Shown here piece after piece: positions 36,801 through 46,000 of a stretch of DNA of 64,000 nt. The notes under the pieces were generated by a model. It was not told where the DNA came from. It saw nothing but the letters and a program-made list of their open reading frames with translations, and did not search any database. The DNA comes from an uncultured Acidimicrobiaceae bacterium (GTDB lineage Bacteria; Actinomycetota; Acidimicrobiia; Spongiisociales; UBA5794): positions 2,846 through 66,845 of the forward strand of contig CAZMSN010000005.1 of the NCBI GenBank assembly GCA_964569015.1, written 5' to 3'. Position 1 is the first letter of the stretch; each line of letters opens with the position of its first letter. Position numbers and translations under genes: made by a program.

Positions 36801-37481
36801 TCAGGCATCGGTGACGAGCCTCGCCGCGATCTCCACCGCTTCGAGCAGATTGGTGGCGATGGGAGTTCGCGCCTCGGCGAGCAGCTCGGCGAGGTGATGC
36901 GACCCGCCGTCGTACACCACGCACTTGATCCCCGTCTCGCGCGCGGCGCCGGCGTCGTCGAGGGCATCGCCGATCAGCACGACCCGTGCCGGGTCGAGGC
37001 TCCCGAGGGCGACCTCCAGATCGGCGAGATGGCGCTCCAGGTGATGGAGCTTGGTCTCGCCGGCCTCTCCTCGATTGCCGTCGACGCGGACCATGGCCCG
37101 GTCGAGGCCGTGGGCGGCAACCGCTTGCACCAGCTCACCGTGCCACCACATGGACAGGATCGATTGGCTCCATCCGGCATCGCCGACTCGTTCGACGGCG
37201 AGCCGGGCATCCTCGGTGAGGGGAAGCGACGCGACGCCTTCCCGGTATCCCTGATGGAAGACGGCATCGATCCGGCGCCACTCGTCCTCGTCGATGCGAC
37301 GATCGAGGAGGCGCTCGTAGAAGACAGCAACGGGACGGGTGTAGTGGGTCCGGTAGGCATCGGCGTCGATGGGCTCGGCGCCGATGTCCTCCAGCGACAG
37401 GTTGACGGCGTCGACGACCAGTTCGAGGTCGTCGACGAGGGTGCCGTTCCAGTCCCAGATCACGTGTGGTGTGTCGCTCAC
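36801..37481 (-). CDS. HAD-superfamily hydrolase (phosphatase-like)
   Basis: HAD motif I DWNGTL and a C-terminal GD..D motif. Confidence 0.6.
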   Translation of the reverse strand: MSDTPHVIWDWNGTLVDDLELVVDAVNLSLEDIGAEPIDADAYRTHYTRPVAVFYERLLDRRIDEDEWRRIDAVFHQGYREGVASLPLTEDARLAVERVGDAGWSQSILSMWWHGELVQAVAAHGLDRAMVRVDGNRGEAGETKLHHLERHLADLEVALGSLDPARVVLIGDALDDAGAARETGIKCVVYDGGSHHLAELLAEARTPIATNLLEAVEIAARLVTDA

Positions 37482-37586
37482 GGCTCACGACTGTACCCGG
37501 GCACTCGTCATTCCTTCACCGCGTCCCCACCGTCGGGAACGGGAGTCCCGTGCCCTGCGCCGGAAGGTCCCGCTAGCGTGCGGGCC

Positions 37587-38654
37587 ATGCGTCCCTATCG
37601 GCTCGGCAACGACGACCTCGATCGGCGGCTGCGTCAACTCGTCAGCGACGCCGTCGCATCCCATGAAGGACGGGCCCAAGACGAGGGCCTCATCGCCGAG
37701 ATGCTGGTGAGCGGCCTCAAGCTGCTGCTCGACGACACCGACACCGGAGATCTCAAGCTGGTCAACAGCGCCCTCAAGGAGCTGCGCTACGCACTCTTGA
37801 TCTTCTCGCGCTACCGGGACACACCCAAAGTGACGATGTACGGCTCAGCCCGGGTGACCCCGGATGACCCCAACTACCGGCTCGCCGCCGAGTTCGCCAA
37901 TCTCATGGCCGACACCCACAACTGGATGATCGTCACCGGCGCCGGCCCCGGCATCATGGAAGCCGGCAACAAGGGCGCCGGGACGGAGTACGGCTTCGGG
38001 GTCAACATTCGCCTCCCCTTCGAAGCCGATCCGAATCCCTACGTGCACGAGAGCCGCCTCATCAACTTCAAGTACTTCTTCACCCGCAAGCTCATGTTCG
38101 TCAAGGAATCCCACGCCTTCGTCCTCTTTCCCGGCGGGTTCGGAACCCAGGACGAGACCTTCGAGCTGCTCACGCTCGTGCAGACCGGCAAGTCGGACAT
38201 GCACCCGATCGTGCTCATCGAAGCGCAAGGCACCGGCTACTGGGAATCGTGGCTGGCATTCGTCTTGACGCTGCGTGAGAAGGGCATGATCCTCCCCGAC
38301 GACTTCAGCCTCTTCAAGTACACCACCAGCGTCGAAGAGGCCTGCAACGAGATCCTCCGGTTCTACGGCAACTACCACTCACAGCGCTTTGTGGAAGGAA
38401 AGCTGGTGCTCAGGCTCAAGCACGAGCCGAGCGACGAGTTGGTCGCCGAGCTCAACGACGAGTTCCCCGACATCCTGGTTCGAGGCTCGATCGAGAAGAT
38501 CCCGGCCACCCCGGCCGAGAACAACGACGGCGACAACGTCGATCTCCACCGCATCAGGATGCACTTCGATCGGCGTCATCTGGGACGTCTCCGACAGCTC
38601 GTCGACCGCCTCAACGAGGCCGCGGCGAACCAAGAGGACGGCGCGGGCCGGTAG
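37587..38654 (+). CDS. LOG-family nucleotide 5'-monophosphate nucleosidase, long (PpnN-like) form
   Basis: LOG motifs GAGPGIMEA and PGGFGTQDE with N- and C-terminal extensions. Real start at ATG 37587; the upstream 269 codons of the track ORF are antisense to the HAD gene. Confidence 0.75.
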   Translation: MRPYRLGNDDLDRRLRQLVSDAVASHEGRAQDEGLIAEMLVSGLKLLLDDTDTGDLKLVNSALKELRYALLIFSRYRDTPKVTMYGSARVTPDDPNYRLAAEFANLMADTHNWMIVTGAGPGIMEAGNKGAGTEYGFGVNIRLPFEADPNPYVHESRLINFKYFFTRKLMFVKESHAFVLFPGGFGTQDETFELLTLVQTGKSDMHPIVLIEAQGTGYWESWLAFVLTLREKGMILPDDFSLFKYTTSVEEACNEILRFYGNYHSQRFVEGKLVLRLKHEPSDELVAELNDEFPDILVRGSIEKIPATPAENNDGDNVDLHRIRMHFDRRHLGRLRQLVDRLNEAAANQEDGAGR

Positions 38655-38666
38655 AATACGTGTCCG

Positions 38667-39431
38667 ATGCGAGAGATCCTGTCCGACTTGGTAGCCGAAC
38701 AGCAGGCACTGGATCAGTTCCTCCAGAGTATCTCCGAACGCGATTGGAATCTCCCCACGCCCGTCAAGGGCTGGAGCATCAAGGACACGGTGAGCCATCT
38801 CGCCCACTCCGAGGAATTCGCCGCCGGGGCCCTCAACGGCGGCGCGTCGTTCATCGAGGACGCCAACGTCACCGACATCGACGAGTGGACGGCCCGCGGC
38901 GTGCGTCAGGGCCGCAAGAAGCGCTACCAGGAGGTCATCGAATGGTGGCGCAACAGCCGGGCCACCGTCATCGAGGCCCTCTCCCGCATGGAGCCAAGCC
39001 GTCGCATCCCCTGGGTGGCGACACCGGTTGGCGCCAGGACCTTCGCCACCATACGCCTGACGGAAACGTGGGCCTATGGTCTCGACATCCAGGCAGCCAT
39101 GGAAGGGCGCCTTCCTCCGCCGGACGACGATGAGGAGGCGGCCGGCGATTCGCCCCGCATTCGCCACATCGCCTGGCTGGCACACCGCATGCTCCCCCAC
39201 GCCTTCGATCAGGAGGGCGAGGAATTTCCCCCCGGTGGTATCCGGATCGAGCTGATGGGCCCCAAGTACGCCCGCTGGGTATTCGGGCCCGCCGATGCAG
39301 AGAACGTCATCAAGGGGCTCGCCGGCGAATGGTGCCGGGTGGCCGTGCAGCGGCTCGACGTCACGAAGACCACGCTCAAGGCCGACGGCACGGCGGCCGA
39401 GACCGCCCTGCACATCGTTCGGGCGTCCTGA
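38667..39431 (+). CDS. DinB/maleylpyruvate-isomerase-N-terminal-like (mycothiol-dependent enzyme family) protein
   Basis: N-terminal helical-bundle signature W..KD..SHL of this actinobacterial family. Confidence 0.5.
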   Translation: MREILSDLVAEQQALDQFLQSISERDWNLPTPVKGWSIKDTVSHLAHSEEFAAGALNGGASFIEDANVTDIDEWTARGVRQGRKKRYQEVIEWWRNSRATVIEALSRMEPSRRIPWVATPVGARTFATIRLTETWAYGLDIQAAMEGRLPPPDDDEEAAGDSPRIRHIAWLAHRMLPHAFDQEGEEFPPGGIRIELMGPKYARWVFGPADAENVIKGLAGEWCRVAVQRLDVTKTTLKADGTAAETALHIVRAS

Positions 39432-39436
39432 AGCTC

Positions 39437-40216
39437 ATGCACCAGATCCCCCGGCTCATCGGCATGGTCCACCTGGGCCCGCTGCCGGGAGCCCCCCGCT
39501 TCAAGGGCGATCTCGACACGGTGCTCGCGGCGGCGGTGCGCGACGCCGAGGTGCTCGCCTCGTCGGGCTTCGATGCGCTCCTCGTCGAGAACTACGGCGA
39601 CCTTCCCTACTTCGCCGACGACGTCCCCAAGACCACGGTGGCCGCGATGACCCTGGCTGTTACCACGATTCGCAGCGCCGTCGATGTCCCGGTCGGCGTC
39701 AACGTCCTGCGCAACGATGCGCTTGCGGCGCTGGCGGTGGCCACCGTGGCAGGGGCCTCCTTCATCAGGGTCAACGTGCTCTCGGGCATCATGATGACCG
39801 ACCAGGGAACGATCGTGGGACGGGCTGCCGAGGTGCTTCGGCTGCGGCAATCCCTCGCCCCTGAGGTCCCCATCCTCGCCGACGTCTTCGTCAAGCACGC
39901 CACCCCGCCCGGCCGCGTGCCCTTGGACCGGGCCGCCGAGGAGGCCGCCGAACGGGCCCTCGCCGATGCGCTCGTCGTCTCCGGGCCGACCACCGGGCGA
40001 CCTCCCACGATGGCGGTGCTGCGCAAGGTGAAGGACGCGGCCCCGGCAATCCCCGTCCTGGTGGGCTCGGGGGCCACCGCCGCTTCGGTTGCCCGCTTCC
40101 TCACGGTCGCCGACGGGGTGATCGCAGGAACCTCGCTCAAGCAGGGCGGCGTCACCACCAATCCGGTCGCAGCCAGCCGAGCCAAGATCTTCGTCGCCGC
40201 CGCGACGAAGACCTGA
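39437..40216 (+). CDS. BtpA/SgcQ-family TIM-barrel protein
   Basis: LIGMVHLGPLPGAP N-terminal signature. ATG 39437 follows the previous stop. Confidence 0.6.
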   Translation: MHQIPRLIGMVHLGPLPGAPRFKGDLDTVLAAAVRDAEVLASSGFDALLVENYGDLPYFADDVPKTTVAAMTLAVTTIRSAVDVPVGVNVLRNDALAALAVATVAGASFIRVNVLSGIMMTDQGTIVGRAAEVLRLRQSLAPEVPILADVFVKHATPPGRVPLDRAAEEAAERALADALVVSGPTTGRPPTMAVLRKVKDAAPAIPVLVGSGATAASVARFLTVADGVIAGTSLKQGGVTTNPVAASRAKIFVAAATKT

Positions 40217-40230
40217 GAACGGGGCATCAC

Positions 40231-40668
40231 ATGCAGGCCCATCGACTCACCGGCGGCACCGTCCACCTTCTCCGGCTGTCCCACGGCGCCGATCTCTACG
40301 ACGAGATGAGCCGCTTCGTCATCGACAACGACATCCGGGCGGCGACGGTGACCTTCCTGGGTGCCGTGCAGCGAGCTTCTCTCCGCTACTACGACCAGGA
40401 AGCCGGGGAGTATCGCGATTTCGTCATCGACGAGCCTCTCGAGGTGGTCTCCGGAGTGGGCAACGTGTCGCTACTGAACGGCCGCCCGTTCCTCCACATT
40501 CACGCAGCCCTCGCCGATGCACGAGGCCACGCCCACGGGGGTCATGTCAACACCGGCACTGCCGTCTTCGCCCTGGAGGCGACCATTCAGGAGTTGGAGG
40601 GCGAACCACCGATCCGCCTCCCCGACGACTGCACCGGGCTCACGTTGTGGGGACGCAATCCCCAGTAG
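40231..40668 (+). CDS. PPC (DUF296) domain protein
   Basis: DUF296-like beta-sandwich signature (IDEPLEVVSGVGNVS...). Confidence 0.55.
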   Translation: MQAHRLTGGTVHLLRLSHGADLYDEMSRFVIDNDIRAATVTFLGAVQRASLRYYDQEAGEYRDFVIDEPLEVVSGVGNVSLLNGRPFLHIHAALADARGHAHGGHVNTGTAVFALEATIQELEGEPPIRLPDDCTGLTLWGRNPQ

Positions 40669-40679
40669 CGGCCCCGGGA

Positions 40680-41297
40680 TCACTTGTGGAGAACGTCGAA
40701 GCCTGCCTTGAGCAGGAGCCGGAGAAACGCCGGAGCGGGCTCCCGGAACTGGATCGGCCGAAACGCTTCTTCATGTTCCTCGAAGAAGCGGAGCATCGTG
40801 GTGACGATGTGGGTGATCGAGACTGTGTTGAGGTTCGATCGGTCACTCCTCCCGAAGGCCACTAGCCGGGTGCGGATCGCGCCGCCGCCCCGGGCAGGAC
40901 CGGAGTGCACCGCGTGCTGCTGGAGCTCGTCGATCACCTCGGTGAGAGGCGCGGCGTAGACCCACTCGAGTCGCCGCAACATGGAGTGCAGCACGCCGTG
41001 GTCCTTGATCGCCGGGTTGAGATCGGCCTGGCCCTGTTTCACCTCACCGACGATGACGTCGATGCAGTCGGCTTCGAGCTCGAGCACGGGGTCGTCGATG
41101 AGGAGCAGCTCACCGTGACGCGCTTGATCCGGATCCCCGAGCAGCACCTCACCGGGAAAACGAATCCCCATCACGTCGATGTCGGTGACCGTCTTGAAGG
41201 TGCCGTCGTCCTGGCGTCGCTGTACCTCGAACTCGCTCAGGGTCATGTATCCGGTGAGCCGGAGGTAGTTCTCGACGAGGTTGACGGCGATGTCCAT
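40680..41297 (-). CDS. PD-(D/E)xK nuclease-fold protein of unknown function
   Basis: TDIDVMG ... ELEADCIDVIVGEVKQG core motif. ATG 41297 is preceded by GGAG. Confidence 0.5.
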   Translation of the reverse strand: MDIAVNLVENYLRLTGYMTLSEFEVQRRQDDGTFKTVTDIDVMGIRFPGEVLLGDPDQARHGELLLIDDPVLELEADCIDVIVGEVKQGQADLNPAIKDHGVLHSMLRRLEWVYAAPLTEVIDELQQHAVHSGPARGGGAIRTRLVAFGRSDRSNLNTVSITHIVTTMLRFFEEHEEAFRPIQFREPAPAFLRLLLKAGFDVLHK

Positions 41298-41475
41298 GGT
41301 CACTCCAGTCGCCTGCGGACCATCGAATCCATCCTCCCCCATCGGGGAGACGGGGTCCGATCATTCGCAATAGCTGCATCCGGCACTCGTAGGCCCGTCA
41401 TTCGACCCTAGGCACGAACCCCGTCTGGTGCCAGCATGGTCGGTTGGAGACCCGTACGAATGCCGGAGATGTGCC

Positions 41476-42861
41476 ATGGACGATCCCGTCCGCCGCGATG
41501 CCCCCGAAGCCCAGGCCGAGCCCGAGGAGGACCTCAATCCATACCACGTGAGCCGTCGCCAGTTCGAGGAGGCGATTCCGTTCATTGACGAGATCCGCAC
41601 CTACGAGGGATTGGCCGATGTGATCTTCACCCCGGAGCGTTCGGTATCGGTGAGCCTCCCGGTGACGATGGACGATGGCCACTTCGAGGTGTTTCGCGGC
41701 CACCGGGTGCTGCATGACCACTCACGCGGCCCCGGCAAGGGGGGCATTCGCTACTACCCCGCCGTCGACCTCGACGAGGTCACCGCTCTCGCCACCTGGA
41801 TGACCTGGAAGTGTGCGCTCGTCGGCGTGCCCTTCGGCGGGGCCAAGGGCGGGGTGGCCTGCGATCCACGCACCATGTCCCGCAGCGAGAAGAAGCGGAT
41901 CACCCGCCGCTTCATCTCAGCCCTGGGTGACAACATCGGCCCGCACACCGACATCCCGGCACCCGATGTCTACACCGACGCCTCGACCATGGCGTGGGTC
42001 TACGACACCTACGACATGATGCATCCCGGGCACAACAACCTGCCGGTCGTGACCGGCAAGCCGCTCGACCTCGGCGGGTCTCTCGGGAGGGAGAGAGCCA
42101 CCGCCCAAGGAGCCGTCTACGTGACGGAGCGATTCCTGGACTTGATGTCCATCCCCGGCCTGATGGAGCTGAAAGGGAGCCGCGTGGCGATCCAGGGCTT
42201 CGGGAACGCAGGACGAAACGCGGCGGAGATCCTGGCCGCGGCCGGAGCCGTCATCGTGGCGGTGAGTGACTCACAGGGCGGGATCGCCGGCGACGACGGG
42301 CTCGACGTGCACGACGTCGGTCTCCACAAGGACGCCACCGGCAGCGTCACCGGCTTCCCGGATGCCAAGCCGCTCGACTCGGGCGAGGTGCTGGAGGTGC
42401 CCTGCGACATCCTCATTCCGGCCGCGCTCGAGAACCAAATCACGACCGCCAACGCCGAGCGCATCGACACCAAGCTCGTCGTGGAGGCAGCAAACGGACC
42501 GACGAGCCCTCTTGCCGACCAGATCCTGAGTGCCCGCGGGATCTCGGTCCTCCCCGACATCCTGGCGAACGCCGGCGGCGTCGTGGTGAGCTACTTCGAA
42601 TGGGTACAGAACCTCGACAACGAGCAGTGGCCGGAGCACGTCGTCCAGGAGAAGCTCAAGGCAAAGATGTACCGGACGACCGACGAGGTCATCGCCAAAC
42701 GCATCACGCTCATCGAGCAGCTTCCCCGCTACCAGGAGTTGTGGTCGGAGGCCCGTCCCGACGACGGAGTGCTGCCGACCCCGAGCCTGCGGACCGCGGC
42801 GTACGTCAACGCCATCAGCCGGGTCACCCAGGCGACGATCATGCGAGGCATCTGGCCTTGA
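41476..42861 (+). CDS. gdhA: Glutamate dehydrogenase (Glu/Leu/Phe/Val dehydrogenase family)
   Basis: GPGKGGIRYYP ... GVPFGGAKGG catalytic motifs and a Rossmann domain. ATG 41476 is preceded by GGAG. Confidence 0.85.
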   Translation: MDDPVRRDAPEAQAEPEEDLNPYHVSRRQFEEAIPFIDEIRTYEGLADVIFTPERSVSVSLPVTMDDGHFEVFRGHRVLHDHSRGPGKGGIRYYPAVDLDEVTALATWMTWKCALVGVPFGGAKGGVACDPRTMSRSEKKRITRRFISALGDNIGPHTDIPAPDVYTDASTMAWVYDTYDMMHPGHNNLPVVTGKPLDLGGSLGRERATAQGAVYVTERFLDLMSIPGLMELKGSRVAIQGFGNAGRNAAEILAAAGAVIVAVSDSQGGIAGDDGLDVHDVGLHKDATGSVTGFPDAKPLDSGEVLEVPCDILIPAALENQITTANAERIDTKLVVEAANGPTSPLADQILSARGISVLPDILANAGGVVVSYFEWVQNLDNEQWPEHVVQEKLKAKMYRTTDEVIAKRITLIEQLPRYQELWSEARPDDGVLPTPSLRTAAYVNAISRVTQATIMRGIWP

Positions 42862-42955
42862 GCCATCGGCCCGGCACCGGACCACCCGGCTCGCCGACCG
42901 GCGGCGCCGTGGCCCCGCCCGTCGTATCGCCTTGCCCGGCAGTCTGATTGGCGGT

Positions 42956-42979
42956 TCTTACGCGCGCCATCGCGCGTAA
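42956..42979. terminator. Perfect 10-bp stem/4-nt loop hairpin (cttacgcgcg-ccat-cgcgcgtaag) followed by ACGATTTTG; gdh terminator or lhr operator
   Basis: Seen directly in the sequence. A U-run follows on the plus strand. Confidence 0.4.
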
Positions 42980-43082
42980 GACGATTTTGTCATTCATCCC
43001 AAGATATGGCGCGGCTGTGGCATCCGGCCGGCATGTCCTCTCGGGCGCGAATCGTGTCACCCACCCGCAGTAGCCTGCGCGC

Positions 43083-46000
43083 ATGGCGCTCAGTCGCTTC
43101 ACCCCTGCCACGCGCGCCTGGTTCGAGGCGTCATTCGCCGCGCCCACCACCGCCCAGACACTGGGGTGGGCCGCCATCGCCGACGGCGAGCACACCCTGA
43201 TCCACGCCCCCACCGGCTCTGGCAAGACCCTCGCCGCCTTCCTGTGGGCCCTCGATCGCCTCTCCGCCGAGCCCACCCCGCCCGAACGCGAGCGCTGCCG
43301 TGTGCTCTACGTGTCCCCGATGAAGGCCCTCGCCTACGACGTCGAGCGCAACCTGCGGGCGCCGCTGACCGGCATCCAGCTCGCCGCCGACCGCCTGGGA
43401 ACGGCGCCCCCCCGGCTCACCACCGCGATGCGCACCGGCGACACTCCGGCCAGAGAACGACAGGCAATGGTGCGCCACCCGCCCGACATCCTCATCACGA
43501 CCCCCGAATCGCTCTACCTGATGCTCACCTCACGAGCCCGCGAGATACTGCGGTCGGTGCGATGGGTCATCGTCGACGAGATCCATTCCGTTGCCGCCAC
43601 CAAGCGGGGCACCCACCTCAGCCTGAGCCTGGAACGCCTCACCGAGATCGCCGACAGCCCCCCGCAGCGCATCGGCCTCTCCGCCACCCAGCGGCCCCTC
43701 GAAGCGATCGGGCAGTTCCTCGCAGGCGGCGTCATCGACGAGGACGAGTGGAAGGCCCGACCCGTCACCATCGTCGATGCTCCCTGGCAGAAGCAACTCG
43801 AAATCCAGATCGTGGTCCCGGTCGAGAACATGCTGCGACCGGAGGAGACCCCGCCTGCCGCCGGAGATCCGATCGAGCCCGAGGACGGCGCCCGCCGCTC
43901 GATCTGGCCTGCGGTGTATCCCCGTCTCCTCGACCTGATCCGAGAGCACACTTCCACGCTCCTGTTCGTCAACAGCCGCGGCCTGGCCGAGCGGCTCGCC
44001 GCCGAGCTGAACCGGCTCGCCGGCGAGGAGCTGGTGCAGTCCCACCACGGCTCGGTGTCCCGCGAGCGGCGGCTCGAGATCGAGGGACGGCTCAAGAGCG
44101 GCGAGTTGCGAGGCGTCGTCGCCACCTCCACCCTGGAGCTGGGAATCGACATGGCCGCCGTCGACCTCGTCGTCCTCGTGGAATCTCCCGCCTCGGTCGC
44201 CCGCGGCCTGCAGCGGGTGGGGCGAGCCGGGCATCAGGTGGGCGTGCCGAGCCGGGCTCGGGTGTTCCCCAAGCACCGCGGTGATCTGCTCGAGACCGCG
44301 GTCGTGGTCGATCGCATGTACCAGGGCGCCATCGAGGAGACGAAGATCCCCGCCAACCCACTCGACGTGCTCGCCCAGCACGTCGTTGCCGCGACGGCCG
44401 TTGAGCCTCGCAAGGTCGACGACCTGTACTCGCTTGTGCGTCGCGCCTCCCCGTATCGCGATCTCACCCGCGGTGCCTTCGAAGGCGTGCTCGACATGCT
44501 CGCCGGCCGCTATCCGTCCGATGAGTTCGCCGAGCTGAGACCTCGCATCGTGTGGGACCGCGTCGAAGACACCGTGACGCCGCGGGGCAACGCTCGGATG
44601 CTGGCGGTGACGAACCCGGGCACCATCCCGGACCGCGGCCTCTACACCGTCATGCTCCCGGAAGGAGGACGGGTCGGTGAGCTGGATGAGGAGATGGTCT
44701 ACGAGCGGCGACCCGGAGACGTCTTCGTGCTCGGGTCGACCTCGTGGAAGATCTCCGAGATCACCCACGATCGGGTCATCGTCAGCCCCGCCCCGGCGCA
44801 GGCCGCCACCTTCATGCCCTTCTGGCACGGGGACGGGCCGGGAAGGCCCTGCGAGCTGGGACGAGCAATCGGCGCCTTCGTGCATGAGATCGGAGGTTTG
44901 GATCGTGCCGAGGCCGCCGAGGCACTCCGGGAACGCTATCGCCTCGATCCCTGGGCCGCGGCCAATCTCGCCGAGTTCCTCGAGGAGGAGCGCAGCATCA
45001 CCGGGACGCTTCCCAGCGACCGCACCATCGTCGTAGAGCAGTTCCGCGACGAGATCGGGGACTGGCGCACCGTGCTGCTCTCGCCGTTCGGGGCCCGGGT
45101 CCATGCCCCGTGGGCGCTGGCCGCCCGACGCCGCTACCGCCGCAGCCACGGCGTCGAGGTCGACGTCATCTGGAGCGACGACGGCATCGTCTTCCGCTTC
45201 CCGGATGTCGACGCGCCACCGTCGACCGCCGAGCTGGTGATCCCCCCCGATGAGATCGACGACCTGGTGCTCGAAGAGGTCGGCGACAGCGCCCTGTTCA
45301 CCTCACACTTCCGCGAGGCGGCGGCGCGGGCGCTGCTCCTCCCCCGGCGCCGGCCCGGCACGCGGACGCCGCTGTGGCTCCAGCGGAGGCGGGCCGCCGG
45401 CCTGCTCGACATCGCCAAGCGCTTCAGCTCCTTCCCGATCGTGCTCGAGACCTACCGCGAGGTGCTCCAGGACCACTTCGACCTCCCCGCCCTGCGGGAG
45501 GTGCTCACCGGCATCGCCCGCCGTTCCATCCGGGTCGCCGAGGTCGAGCTGCACGGCCCCAGCCCGTTCGCCACCTCGCTCATGTTCGATTTCCTGGCAT
45601 CGTTCATGTACGAGTACGACGCACCCGCCGCCGAGAAACGCGCCGCGGCGCTCACCCTCGATCGCAAGCTGCTCCAGGAGCTGCTCGGCGATCCCCAGTT
45701 CCGCGATCTGCTCGACCCCGATGTAATCGCTCAGGTGGAGCTGGAGCTGCAACGCCTCGCCGAGGATCGCAAGATCTCAGGGCCGGACGCTCTCCACGAT
45801 GCGCTGCGCGACCTCGGGCCGCTGACCATTGAGGGTGTCGCCGCCCGAGCCACCGACCCCGCGGCCATCACCGCCTGGATCACCACTCTCACACAGTCGC
45901 GCCGGGTCGTACCAATCCGCGTCCACGGCACCGACGGGTTCGCCGCCGTCGAGGATGTCTCCCGACTGCGCGACGCACTCGGGATCTCACCCCCGCCGGG

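Noticed and set aside
36780-38654. 624-aa plus-strand ORF
   Set aside because: The first 269 codons are antisense to the HAD hydrolase gene and lack any domain; only the C-terminal 355 aa (LOG family, ATG 37587) is a real gene.
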